DNA from: Diplonema japonicum
Taxonomy: Eukaryota > Protista > Euglenozoa: Diplonemea
Assembly (NCBI GenBank): GCA_964019335.1
Contig: OZ025682.1
Coordinates: forward strand, 62,001-126,000
Direction: 5' to 3'
Length of the DNA stretch: 64,000 nt
The position numbers were made by a program, and so were the translations under genes. Of this stretch, positions 11,714-22,962 are shown piece after piece. Within the stretch, counting starts at the first letter, position 1; every line of letters starts with the position of its first letter. The notes under the pieces are model-generated. The model searched no databases and had not been told where the DNA came from. It saw only the letters and a list, made by a program, of their open reading frames with translations.

Positions 11714-13255
11714 ATGACGAAGTCGGGATACTATCAAGAGAACGACGGTGGGGAGAAGCTGAAGGCTGATGCACACTTCAACGGGGTGGTGGACGGGGAG
11801 GCGAGGAAATGCAGGGACATAGGATGTGCATTGTTCTTCATGCTCTGCTTGGGTGGGGTGGGGATCTGCACGATACTGGCAGGCGAGGAGAGCGACCTCG
11901 ATCTCCTGAACAACGATGCAAGGTCTGACCTGTCGCAGGACTTTGCTAAGGTGAAAGACCAGAAGTATGTCATCCTAGTGGGATGTCTTTGCACAATGCT
12001 CCTGGCGTTCATCTGGCTGGAACTGTTGAAAAGATTCACAAAGGTAGTTGTATACGGATCCATTCTGGCAGGCATCACAGCGGTTGTGGCAGTGGGCATC
12101 ATTGTCATGTCACTCGGTAAGTCGTACACCACTTTTGTCGGTGCGTGTATCTTGGCCATTGCAGGGCTTCTGCTCATCTTTGTCTTCTTCATGAGGAAGA
12201 AGATTAATTTCTCTTGTGCGGTCATCGCAGCTGGTTGCAAAGGCCTCCAAGCCAACAAATCCATATTCACAATGGTCACCCCCGCCGTGCTTGGCATCAC
12301 CTTCCTGTACCTTCTGTGGTGGTTCGTGACTGCAATGTACGTGTATTCTGTTAAGGGGAACACCATTGACTGCAAGAGCTACACCACCGAAACCAAGTGC
12401 AGGTCTTACGGGTGTGATTGGAATTCGACCTCGACCTGCACCGGGACTGGTTACGATGTCAAGGAGGCCAGTCGGTGGGCTATGCTGTACCTTGTTTTCA
12501 TGCTTTTCTGGGGGATGTTGTTCCTGCAAGGAATCGCACGCACCGCTGTGTCAGGAACCATCGCTGAGTGGTACTTCACAAGAGACAAAAAAGACATCCC
12601 ATGTGGCAACTCCATGAAGTACCTCCTGTGGTCCTGCACGTACCACTTTGGAAGCATTGCGTTGGGATCGGCGCTCATCGCGATCTTCAAATTCGTGAAC
12701 TGGGTACTAATGAAGGCGCAGAAGGGCGCGGACAACTGCTTATTAAAGATTGTCATCGGGTGTGTGCAGTGTATTTGCGGGTGTATTGAGAGCATCATCA
12801 AGTTCTGCACGAAGTTTGCTTACGTGTACATCGCTATGCACGGGGAGAGCTTTGGGAAGTCTTCAAAATCTGTTTCAAATCTGTTTTCGAGAAGCTCCTT
12901 TGGAAAGGTATTCACATCTGACCTCATTGCCAACATCATTGTGCACATGGGGATGTTCACCGCCGTTGGTCTCGTAGCTGTCGGGACGCTCACCTACATG
13001 GACAAGCATGGTGGTTTTGGGGCGTCCGCAGCCATTGTTCTTATCATCTTCTGTTGCATCACATTCTGGATCGTCGGTATTACCGTAGAGGTTGCCACTG
13101 ATGCTGTTGTTGTGTGTTATCTTGAGGATGTCGAGCGCAACAGCTCTACCCGCGATTTCCGTGGAGAGGACTCCTACTTCGCCATCGACAAGTCGGTGTC
13201 CTCACACTCGCAGGGAATCAATGGTCACGTTGAAACCTATGGGACTGGAAAGTAG
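11714..13255 (+). CDS. Choline transporter-like (CTL/SLC44/Pns1) multi-pass membrane protein, intronless
   Basis: RKCRDIGC N-terminal motif, about 10 hydrophobic segments, IAEWYF, YHFGSIALGSALIA, KFAYVYIAMHGESFGKS, DAVVVCYLED. ATG at 11714 follows an A-run. Confidence 0.9.
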   Translation: MTKSGYYQENDGGEKLKADAHFNGVVDGEARKCRDIGCALFFMLCLGGVGICTILAGEESDLDLLNNDARSDLSQDFAKVKDQKYVILVGCLCTMLLAFIWLELLKRFTKVVVYGSILAGITAVVAVGIIVMSLGKSYTTFVGACILAIAGLLLIFVFFMRKKINFSCAVIAAGCKGLQANKSIFTMVTPAVLGITFLYLLWWFVTAMYVYSVKGNTIDCKSYTTETKCRSYGCDWNSTSTCTGTGYDVKEASRWAMLYLVFMLFWGMLFLQGIARTAVSGTIAEWYFTRDKKDIPCGNSMKYLLWSCTYHFGSIALGSALIAIFKFVNWVLMKAQKGADNCLLKIVIGCVQCICGCIESIIKFCTKFAYVYIAMHGESFGKSSKSVSNLFSRSSFGKVFTSDLIANIIVHMGMFTAVGLVAVGTLTYMDKHGGFGASAAIVLIIFCCITFWIVGITVEVATDAVVVCYLEDVERNSSTRDFRGEDSYFAIDKSVSSHSQGINGHVETYGTGK

Positions 13256-13429
13256 TTGATGGTTGTGGGAGAAAAAAAAAAAAAAATGTTTCTCTGGCCA
13301 TTCGTGTTTTTTTTTTCTTTTTTTTTTTGTATTTGTTTCACTCTGGATTTCGAGAATTTAAAAAAAAAAAAATTGGGATTAGAATGTTTTATTTAAGGAG
13401 GGGGGTTTTTTTTTATTTTATTTTTCCAA

Positions 13430-13750
13430 AGGTGGTGGGGATAACATGGAAATATAAGAAAAAGATCAGATGTGTTGTTCGCTGTTGACCTCCTCGTCGG
13501 TCATCACCGGTAGCGCCCGAGTGGAAGAACATAATGCAGATGCTCAGGGTGACGAACAGGCAGCAAACTGCACGAGCGCAGAATCTTGGTTACCCGGGAC
13601 GCACCGGCTGGGGTTGAGCTGTACACCGCACGCATTAAGGACACGACGCGGAACGCAGAAGAAGCTACAACTCGGCCGCGGTGCGCCCCCTGTAATCAAG
13701 TAGACAGTTCTTGTGCAGGGCGCCGCCAACACCGGCCTCCTTTAACTCAT
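13430..13750 (+). mobile_element. Dispersed ~320-bp repeat, copy 1 (SINE/short-retroposon-like)
   Basis: Near-identical to 13956-14233, 17125-17447 and (reverse) 58198-58426. Begins AGGTGGTGGGGATAACATG after a T-tract. Confidence 0.75.
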
Positions 13751-13955
13751 ATATATTTTTTCGCTCTAATTTTTTTTTCTTTTTCCTTTTCCCCCCCTCT
13801 TACGCCTATATATATCTCTAAAGACCGTTAAAGAGTGTTCTGATAGAGGGGGTTGGGGGGCTGACGGCTTTTAGAAAATACGAGGTGTTTTTTTTTTATC
13901 GGTATTCTCTTTATTCTTTCAATCTCTTCTTTCTTTTTCTTTCTTTTTTTTTTTT

Positions 13956-14233
13956 AGGTGGTGGGGATAACATGGAAATATAAGAAGTACATCAGATGTG
14001 TTGTTCGCTGTTGACCTCCTCGTCGGTCATCACCGGTAGCGCCCGAGTGGAAGAACGTAACGCAGATGCTCAGGGTGACGAACAGGCAGCAAACTGCACG
14101 AGCGCAGAATCTTGGTTACCCGGGACGCCCCGGCTAGGGTTGAGCACACCGCACGCATTAAGGACACGACGCGGAACGCAAAAGAAGCTACAACTCGGCC
14201 GGGGAGCGCCCCCTGTAATCAAGTAGGTAGTTC
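13956..14233 (+). mobile_element. Dispersed repeat, copy 2 (truncated at the distal end)
   Basis: Matches copy 1 up to ...CCCCCTGTAATCAAGTAG and then diverges; has a 3-nt deletion. Confidence 0.75.
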
Positions 14234-14571
14234 GTGCTTCATTGCACGCTTAACGCCACCTAGTGTTGCAATCAAAGCCCCATTTTTTTTTTTTTTTGCC
14301 GCATATCTCTAACCATCCACTTGCTCTAAGGACTAAGGAGGAATTTCGGGATAACTACGGAAAAATCTTCCAAAGGTTGGCTGAGGAAACTGTTCTTGAG
14401 AATTCCAGTGCTCAAGGGAATTAATTTTTGTGGTCTCCCCTTACACCCGGAGTGGTTTTTGTGAATTTTCTGTTACGGTTAGAGATAGCAAAGAAGGAAA
14501 AAAAAAAAAAAAAAAATGGGGAGAGGGAAAGGAACAGAGGGGGCTTCAAACCAATATATGGATTTCTTGTA

Positions 14572-14602
<31 letters not shown>

Positions 14603-15021
14603 AGGGCAGAGTTCCAATAAGCTGTTCCGTCAAAATATTACATTTTCTAATTCCCGTGTTGTTTTTTTTTTTTCTCCCAATTTCCTAAAAATTTTTCATG
14701 CGCCGAAAAACTAGCCTGTGGCTAAAAGAAGAAAGAAAAAAAAATGAGAGGGGGGAAAAAAATGAAGGGGTCCGCCCCCCCCCCCCCCCCCCCCCGAGGA
14801 AACGGTTCCTCTACCTGCGGTTCACTTCAAGTGAACGAATATTTTTTTTCCCGATTTTTCTTCTCTTTTTTTCGCTCTCTCTTTTTTCTTTTCTTCTTCA
14901 ATCCCAAACTCACTTACTGAACTTTTTTTTTGACTGACCCCCCCCTCTTCTTCTTCTTCTTCTTTCTTCTTCTTCATCCTACCCTCGCGTCATCTTGCAA
15001 AGAAAATAATAATAATAATAA

Positions 15022-15453
15022 ATGGCTGCGTGCCGTTTTGGCGATACACGGAATGCTGCTTGCAGTGCGTGGAAGGAACGAATTATGAGTGAAGAAAGAT
15101 GTGGAGCTCCTCTTCTTTCTGAAGAGGCGAGTTCATCATCAACCAATGGTAGAGTCCTCACACGGAAGGAAAAAACAACCGGGTCTGCACAAGCCCCGAG
15201 CAACGACGGGCTAGGAGAGGTGAGGGCACGACTCAGGGCTCTCGAGTCAGCACTCCTCACAGAGCAGGCGACCAAGTCTGAGGTGCAGACAGAATTGCGC
15301 GAGCTCAAGAAACTCCTTAAAACCCACCTTAACATCCCGCCCAACTCATCCACAGGTAGCTCCCACAGCACCCGTACCAAGAGCACAACCTCCTCCTCTG
15401 CACTTGGAAAACCCCCTCGCATATCCCCGTCCCCCCTTTCCAGCTGTTATTAA
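15022..15453 (+). CDS. Hypothetical coiled-coil protein; the 3' end may be spliced to 15561-15833
   Basis: ATG after an A-rich run, complex sequence, heptad segment LGEVRARLRALESALLTEQATKSEVQTELRELKKLL. Confidence 0.55.
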   Translation: MAACRFGDTRNAACSAWKERIMSEERCGAPLLSEEASSSSTNGRVLTRKEKTTGSAQAPSNDGLGEVRARLRALESALLTEQATKSEVQTELRELKKLLKTHLNIPPNSSTGSSHSTRTKSTTSSSALGKPPRISPSPLSSCY

Positions 15454-15560
15454 AAACACTTCGCGGATTCCCCCCCCTCAACAGGACGGAGTGCGCGAAC
15501 CTCGACCCCCCGACTTCTCATTTCTTTTTTCGGGGCGTCAAGGCAAGGAGGCTACGGTAT

Positions 15561-15833
15561 GTGCTGAGACGAGTCCAGGACCTGTACCACGCTGATGGCA
15601 GAGGGGTAGCGTTCCCAGCGGCGCGAGTGGAGCGCGTCAACTCCCTACGCTGTATCGGAGGACCGACCACACACGGGTATGACAGGAGGCCAGTACTCCC
15701 GGAACGAACCATGAGTAGCATCGAAGGCTTGCGGGACAGGTACCTGTCGCAGACACCGACAAGGCTGCCCCGCAGTATGACCACCGCAGTAGGAACCCGG
15801 CAGAGCCCCCAGAACGGGGACAACGGGGACTAA
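15561..15833 (+). CDS. Possible coding exon or short hypothetical ORF; structure unresolved
   Basis: GC-rich complex sequence with an open frame extending upstream and no ATG at its start. I could not fix the splice junctions. Confidence 0.3.
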   Translation: MLRRVQDLYHADGRGVAFPAARVERVNSLRCIGGPTTHGYDRRPVLPERTMSSIEGLRDRYLSQTPTRLPRSMTTAVGTRQSPQNGDNGD

Positions 15834-16010
15834 GCGCAGCACGGCCGGTGAGCGCAAAAACACATACCTTAAAAGAATAGTTTTTCTTTTCTAAGAAAAA
15901 AAAAAAAAAATACCACACTTTCATCTCACCTCCTTTTCTTCTTTTTTTTTTTCCCCCAGTGTGACTGAGTGTTTAATTATATAAAAAAAAAAAGGAAACA
16001 AAAAAAAAAA

Positions 16011-16496
16011 ATGTGCGAAACGCCTCCGAATTTTGAAACCCCAGAACTACAGGCGATAACACCAGAAGCTTGGACACCGGAGAAAGAAGAAGATTTGTCA
16101 TCGTGGACCTTGGACTGCTCAGATGTTACAGAGGTGGTTACAAGTGCTGCAGCTAGGCAGCTAGACCTGGGCTTGGAGCTGGATGGGTGCGAGTTCAAGG
16201 AGAGCCGGGTGAAATGGCTGAAGGAGCGGTTAACGTGCGCAAATTGGTGCGGAAGGGATCCTACAGTGGCGAGGTCAGCCTTGAAGCGCATTATGGAGCT
16301 CATCATCACCTCTGATAAACCGGAGGTGCCCCTGTCAACTATTACAAAGAAGCTTCAGTGGAAGAATGGGTGGTGGCGGCAGTTGGGGTCGCTTTACTCA
16401 TTTGTTAGAAGGACTGGGAAGGGTGTGCTGTATTATAAAAATGCTGAGGTTGGCTTATGTGTGCAATTGACCACAAACGATTTGCAATATGTGTAA
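16011..16496 (+). CDS. Hypothetical 161-aa protein with a possible C-terminal winged-helix (LOTUS/OST-HTH-like) domain
   Basis: ATG after poly(A), complex coding sequence. C-terminal pattern IMELIITS..PEVPLSTI..KL...RQLGSLYSFVRR...VLYY. Confidence 0.6.
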   Translation: MCETPPNFETPELQAITPEAWTPEKEEDLSSWTLDCSDVTEVVTSAAARQLDLGLELDGCEFKESRVKWLKERLTCANWCGRDPTVARSALKRIMELIITSDKPEVPLSTITKKLQWKNGWWRQLGSLYSFVRRTGKGVLYYKNAEVGLCVQLTTNDLQYV

Positions 16497-16520
16497 AAAA
16501 AAAAAAAAAAAAAATGGATC

Positions 16521-16562
<42 letters not shown>

Positions 16563-16871
16563 TTTCTTCTTCTTTTTAAATAGAAAAACTACAATCACGG
16601 AAAAAACCTCGGGGGGGGAAGAAGAAAAAAATCCCTTATAAAAACCAAATTCCAAAGAAATAAAATTTCAAGTTACATAGTTTGAATGGAAAAAACCCAA
16701 AATTCGCGTTTTTGCCGTGTTTGTGGTTTTTCTCTCTCCTTTCTTTTAATTTTTTTTTTCACCGACTCTTTTCTTTCTATAATTAAAAAATCTTTTACAG
16801 CAACAACTGCGTTTCTTCTTTATTGTTCACTTTTTTTTTTCGAACGATGTTTACTCCCCCCTTTCCTCTTC

Positions 16872-16916
16872 AGGCATCCTGCCACATACCGCAGGTACCC
16901 TTAAAATGTCTCTTTT
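16872..16916 (+). repeat. ~45-bp dispersed repeat, copy A
   Basis: AGGCATCCTGCCACATACCGCAGGTACCCTTAAAATGTCTCTTTT recurs at 21528-21571 with two differences. Confidence 0.85.
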
Positions 16917-17124
16917 GCAACGATGACGAAGAGAAAAAAATCAGTTTGCAAAGACAAAACTAGGTAAACTAGGAAGGTGGCACGTTCCCCACCCTCCCCC
17001 TGCAAAAAAAGTTCTCAAGAAGGCAATTTTGACTTTTTTTTTCCAGTTGGAACAAAAAATGAAAAATACATAATCTCTTTAGGTGGGAAGGTACACCCCT
17101 ATATAATATTTGCTTTTTTTTCCA

Positions 17125-17447
17125 AGGTGGTGGGGATAACATGAAAATATAAGAAAAAACATCAGATGTGTTGTTCGCTGTTGACCTCCTCGTCGGTCAT
17201 CACCGGTAGCGCCCGAGTCCCGAGTGGGAGAACATAATGCAGATGCTCAGGGTGACAAACAGGAAGCAAACTGCACGAGCGCAGAATCTTGGTTACCCGG
17301 GACGCACCGGCTGGGGTTGAGCTGTACACCGCACGCATTAAGGACACGACGCGGAACGCAGAAGAAGCTACAACTCGGCGCCCCCTGTAATCAAGTAGAC
17401 AGTTCTTGTGCAGGGCGCCACCAACACCGGCCTCCTTTAACTCATAT
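17125..17447 (+). mobile_element. Dispersed repeat, copy 3
   Basis: Matches copy 1, with a 7-nt duplication (CCCGAGT) and an 8-nt deletion. Confidence 0.75.
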
Positions 17448-18531
17448 AAATATTTTTTTTTGGGCGGCCCTCCATGAGGGGGTTTGTCCTGCACTTTGAG
17501 TTTTTTCTCTTCTCTTCTTCTTTTGTTAACCAGAGATGCGGGGGGGGGGGGGATCCAATTTCCTTTTTTGCATTTTTTATTTTCCCTTTTTTTATTTGTG
17601 TTATACTTCTTCTTTTGTTTTCTTGGAGGGGGAAAAAAAAGTTTGTTTTGCGAAAACATTCTTTTTTTTGTGACAAAATACTACCCCCCCCCCCCCCCCC
17701 CCCCCCCCCTCGTGGCTTTGCTACTTTCTCCCTTCTTAAAAGAAATAAAAAGGAAGCTAGTTTCAAACCCGGCAAAAAACTCCTTTTTTTCCTTCTTTTT
17801 TTATCTTCACTTGCCAGCCCCTACCCCTAGGCATAGCTGTGAAACGAATCGGTAAATAAAATCGGAAAATAGGTGAAAACTAGTGTACTTCTATGGAGCT
17901 TCGCCGTGTCCTCGAACCCTCCAAGACAACCTTCCAAGCTTTGGCCCGGGCCTTGCGTTTACAGGCAGTGGGTAAGAAGACCCACCGACGACAGGGATGA
18001 TCACTAACAAATACTTATTTTCCTCCATCAAGGGATCATTCTGCGAAAATATGATGCAAAACCCCTATTCACATCACTACTATGCCAAGGGGGGAGGTCA
18101 TATTAGCCCTTTAAAACGTCGATAAAGTCATTTTTTTTTTTTAGTTTTGCCAAAAAAAAAAGTATTTTTCTATGTGTTTCGGCGGCCAGAAAGCAATCTT
18201 AAAAAAATTGCCCGCATGTGGTTACAGGCGGGTATACTTTTGCCCTCATGCACACAATTTTGAGCTTTTTTTTCATACACTCCACTATTCAAGAAATGCC
18301 AAAGAGACGTGGACACTCCATCGGGAATGAAGAGATCATCTTCAAGGGCAAATTCCACCTTTTATAGGCCAAGAAAAAAAAAGTCACTTTATCGACCACA
18401 TATGACCCCCCCCCATTGTCAAAAAAGAAAAGAAAAAACCTTATCTTTCTCTTCCTCCCCATTTTTTTTTCTCTTTTGGTTTGTTTTTTTTTTTTTTGTT
18501 TCTGGTTGTGTTGCTTCCCCTCCATCTGCTA

Positions 18532-18538
<7 letters not shown>

Positions 18539-18613
<75 letters not shown>
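18539..18613. repeat. (CT)n microsatellite
   Basis: Direct reading. Confidence 0.95.
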
Positions 18614-18616
<3 letters not shown>

Positions 18617-19058
18617 TTTCCTTTCTCATCTTTGATGCAATGGCAGTCGTCAATCTAGCCAGTACCAAGCCAAATATATATGTTTTTAAACAAAACAAAA
18701 AAAAAAAGAAGGGACAAATTAAGAAGGCGTTTAAAAAAAACACCTCAAAATGCAACCTTCACACGCGGCTCGGCAGTATCCTTTGCATACTATGTTGTCA
18801 ACAAAGAAAAGTGAGGCGGGGGTTTTTTTTTTTTGGGAGAGGGAAGGTGAAAGGGGACCTATGAAACTTTAAAAAAAAAAAGTAAAGAGAGAATCAAGTA
18901 TAGAAACTGAAGCAAGGGGAAGGGGAGGGTATTTTTTTTATTATTTTTTTTAACCTTTATTTAAAAAAAAGTCTTTTTTTTTTTTATATATAAAAGAAAA
19001 ATATTCATTCCTAAAAAAAAAAAAAAAAGGGAAAAAAAAAGAAAAAAGAAGAAAACAA

Positions 19059-19841
19059 ATGCCGTTCGTTGAACTTGACACCTTCAGAGTGTCGGGCCGC
19101 GTCAGCCAAACGGAATACGTCCTGCGCAGCACGGAGTACCAAATTTTAGCGAAGAACGGAGTAGAGGCACCCCCTGCCCCTGACGTCATGCAGCCAATTT
19201 CAAAGAAAGAATGGCTAGGCCAACTAAGGGCCTGGGAGGCCACCGTGAAAGAACTGGCTACCGACGTTGGCAAGGAGCCAAAGTACAAAATTCACCGACC
19301 CGGCCAACTACCCGGTCTGGTGCTTCCGGTAACTGGTGCGGTACCGCTATCGCCTATATTGGATATTTCAAGAAATTCTTCATTGTCTTCTTCAGTGGCG
19401 TCGACACCTGGTCCTCTTGAAGGTGCTGTGGATGCAGCTAGGACTCCGCGTCCCGAGAAGAAGGTGATGTACTCCTCACACAAGGTGTACCCTAAGTCTG
19501 CTGTTGTGTCGGCCCAGGAGTCCGTGTTCCTCGCACTTGAACGGCAAAGCTCTGGATCGCCATCTAGTCACTCAAGCCATCGGACGCCGACCTCAGCCCG
19601 CCATCAGCACCACTTACCTCCCCAGATGCAGGCTCATTGCATTACTCCATTTGTGGTGACTAATCAGCCTAATTGGGGCTCCCCCTTGACCCCTCCCCCT
19701 AAACGGCCTCAGACAACCCTCGCGCCACCCACACACTCCGCCTTCACAGGGCTTGACCCCAACGAGGACGGGAGCCCCGGATCGTCGAGCAGAATTCTCA
19801 GAATGCTCAAGGAGCGGAATATTCTGAGTGAAGAACAGTAA
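19059..19841 (+). CDS. Protein with a divergent SLBP (histone stem-loop binding protein)-like N-terminal domain and a Ser/Pro-rich disordered tail
   Basis: D..R...R..Q..Y...S..Y.......P.AP......SKKEW..QLRAW parallels the SLBP RNA-binding domain pattern D.....RR.KQI.YGKNT..Y...P.TP......SRRSW..QIKLW. Confidence 0.65.
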   Translation: MPFVELDTFRVSGRVSQTEYVLRSTEYQILAKNGVEAPPAPDVMQPISKKEWLGQLRAWEATVKELATDVGKEPKYKIHRPGQLPGLVLPVTGAVPLSPILDISRNSSLSSSVASTPGPLEGAVDAARTPRPEKKVMYSSHKVYPKSAVVSAQESVFLALERQSSGSPSSHSSHRTPTSARHQHHLPPQMQAHCITPFVVTNQPNWGSPLTPPPKRPQTTLAPPTHSAFTGLDPNEDGSPGSSSRILRMLKERNILSEEQ

Positions 19842-21527
19842 GTTTTTTTTTTTTTTTTTTTTTTTTTTTCTTGAGATTTTTTTTTTTTTGGTAAAGAACG
19901 CACCCCTTTATTGTCTTTGAGTGTGATTTGTTGGGGGGGGGGATGAATTTTTTTTTCATTTTTTTTCTTCCCTTACAGACGTGGTGAACAAAAAAAAAGA
20001 GAAAAAAGAGGGGGAAAAAAAAGGGGGGGAGGGTGTTTTATTGCAATATTCCCCATCCTCCACAAGAAGTTAAAAAAAAAAACAAAAAAAAATGAACGAA
20101 AGACAAAGCACGCACACATAAAAAAAAGAAGGGAAGGAAGTGCTCGGCAGATGTTGAGAGTGTCCTTCTTTGTTCTAATTCACCCTCTTTCCCCCCCCCC
20201 CCCCCCCTTTTAGTTCGTTTTCCTACACTTTATTCTTCCTACTCCCCACCTCCCCCGTTTCCCCACCCTTTTCTTTATTTTTTGTTTCTCTCTTCAAGAA
20301 AAAAAAAGAAAATAATGTCTTATTCGTTCTCTCCCTTGGTTTTTTGTTTTTGTTTTTCCCCCCCCCCTCATTTTTTTCTTTGTCGCCTCTTAACAAGTAA
20401 CAGAACAAAAAACAAACCTCTGCCCCCGCCAGTTTCTATTATAGTTTCTCCCCCCCCCCTTTTTTTTTCTCCTCCCTCCTTTTATCTAGGGCATGGCCTG
20501 TCAAATGTGGAGAAGTACTAGGCAATTTTTCACCTTAGAGGGCACTAATGATCGGGAATCTGGCATTTTCTTTTTTTTTTTAAATATTTCCCCCCCCTTG
20601 CCCCTCCCCCCTTCTGGGTGTCCCCATGTTTCACATCTTCCTTAATTGCTTGCGTGAGGCAAAAGTGGCCTATCGGCTCTCATCCTCCCCCTCCCCAAAA
20701 AAAAAATTCTTTTTTCCCAGGGGTGTGAAAGAAAAGCCATGTACCTGGTAAGGTGCAGAAAACTTTTTTGGGGAGGAAAAAGGAACACTTTGAATTTTTT
20801 TTTTTCTTACCCCTCATATCAAGAGGTGGAAGGTAGGCCACAACAGGTGAAATGCTTACCTGACACTTCAGGTATATGAGAAGTTTTTTTGGGGGTGGTA
20901 AAAGCCAAGATAGAACAATGGTTATTATTATCGTAAAAAAAAAAAAAAGAAGAAAAAAAATGACCCCTTTGTCTCTCTCGTCCTCTTTCATATATTTCTT
21001 GTGTTCTAGAGAGGAGAGGGGAAAATAAAGGGGGGGGGTATTGAATACCGCTTTTGTTTTTCAATGAAACAAAAATGAAGAAATATAATGGTCAAAAAAA
21101 AAAGCCGATATTTGTCATATTTTATGAACTCGTGTTAACCTAACTTTTGGTAGTAGAAAAAAAAATTTAAAAAAAAAGAAGTAAAAAAAAAAAACAAAAC
21201 TGACGAGGTGCGAAGAAACCCGGAGCTAAAAAAGTTTAGTTCTTGGGGAAAACCGAATGTCTTGTCTTGACAGGTACTCAACAGCTGATGACGTTGGAAG
21301 GACGAGAGGGGGGATAAAGAAAATAAAAAATGTCTAAAAAGTGAAGCATACAGTTTTTTAAAAGCACTCTATTTCCCTTCCTTGGTCTCTCCCCCCCCCC
21401 CCCCCTATAAAGCACCACCACCTAATTGGTGGAGAGAAGCAGCGCAAAAAAAAAAAATGCGAAAAAAAAAACCAACAACTTTTCCTCCCCTTTTTATAGG
21501 TCATCTTTTCTCACCGCTTCTTTTTTT

Positions 21528-21571
21528 AGGCGTCCTGCCACATACCGCAGGTACCCTTAAATGTCTCTTTT
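21528..21571 (+). repeat. ~45-bp dispersed repeat, copy B
   Basis: Matches 16872-16916. Confidence 0.85.
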
Positions 21572-22931
21572 TTTTTTTTTTTTTTTTTTTTCTTCTTTAT
21601 TTTTTTTTAAACTTCTTTTTCAGTTGCCTTGTGTTCACACAGAAGAATTTAAAAAAAAAAGGGAGGGGGGAGGAGAAAAAAAAAACTCGTATTATAAAAC
21701 AAGATTGAAGAGTTTGAAGACTAAAAAGGCTTTGAGTGAGACAAGGGAATATATTTTTTTAACTTTTCAAAAAAAAAAAAAACGCAGGGGGGAGCCCTGG
21801 CCCTTTTTATATGTGTAACGAGATGTATTTGAGAATTTTTTGTAGTTCGTCAAAAAAAAAATGACAGTAAAAGGACGGGATAACGAAAGAGAGGAAAAAA
21901 AAGGGAGGAGGTCACATAAACGTATGTCCCTTCTCCCTTTTTTTCCCCCTCCTCTGTGGCCTGTGGCCCGTAGCACAAGAACGATTCCTTTCCCCCCCCC
22001 CCCCCCAGCAACCCGTCGCCCCAAAGCTTGTTTGTTCGTTCTGTTTTTATTCACCCCCCTCGATTTTTTCCCCCCTTGTTTCATTCATTTGAAAGTGAGG
22101 TTCCCCCCTCCCCTCTCTTTTTCCCCCTCCCCCCTTCCCCCCGATCAGAACCCGTATTATTAGGTTCGATATTTGTGTTGTGCATTTTTACCCTCCCAGA
22201 ATACTTTACCCCTCATTTCTTGTATGGTGTGTGTTTTGCGATTTTGAAAGGATTTTGAGCAGTACTGGCTTTTATTTTTCAGCACGCAACGAGGAAAAAA
22301 AAAAGAAACAAAAAAAGAGAAAAAATCTTCAAAATTTTCAAAATCGCAAAGAGAAAAAAAAAGAAAAAAAAAAAAGCTTCAACAATAACAAATAATAATT
22401 AAAAAAAAAAAAAAAAAAAAAAAAAAGGCGGAAGGGTGAATGGGGAAAAAAAAAAAGAAAAAGTGCGTGATCGCACAACGCAACCTCTTATTCTTTTTTT
22501 TTTTTTTTTCTGCCTTTGTACAGGTCCTTCTTCTTTCCCCCCCGTTCTTTTATTGTTGTTGGTGTTCCATTGGGTGGTTTACCTGTCAAGACCAAGAACA
22601 AAAAAAAAGGAACAAAAAGAGCTGGTGGTCAAAGCACATTAAGGTTACGAATCTAGGCGATAAACCTAAACCTTACTAGGTATAGTACACCTGCTTTTTG
22701 GTTGCTCCCTATTTTTTTTTTTTAAGGACTTTAAGAAACTGGGCAGGAAGTGGCAAGAAGAAAGAGAGGATACTTTGAGAAAGGCAACACAGCCAAAAAG
22801 AAAGAAAGGCCGAGGCCCCAGAAGGGAGAAAGGGGTAGATAAGTAGAGACAAGGGGGACGTTCCAAGACAGGAACCTCCTTTATCTCATCTCTTTTTTTT
22901 TTGAAAAAAAATCTTGCAAGAAAAACTTTAC

Positions 22932-22962
<31 letters not shown>

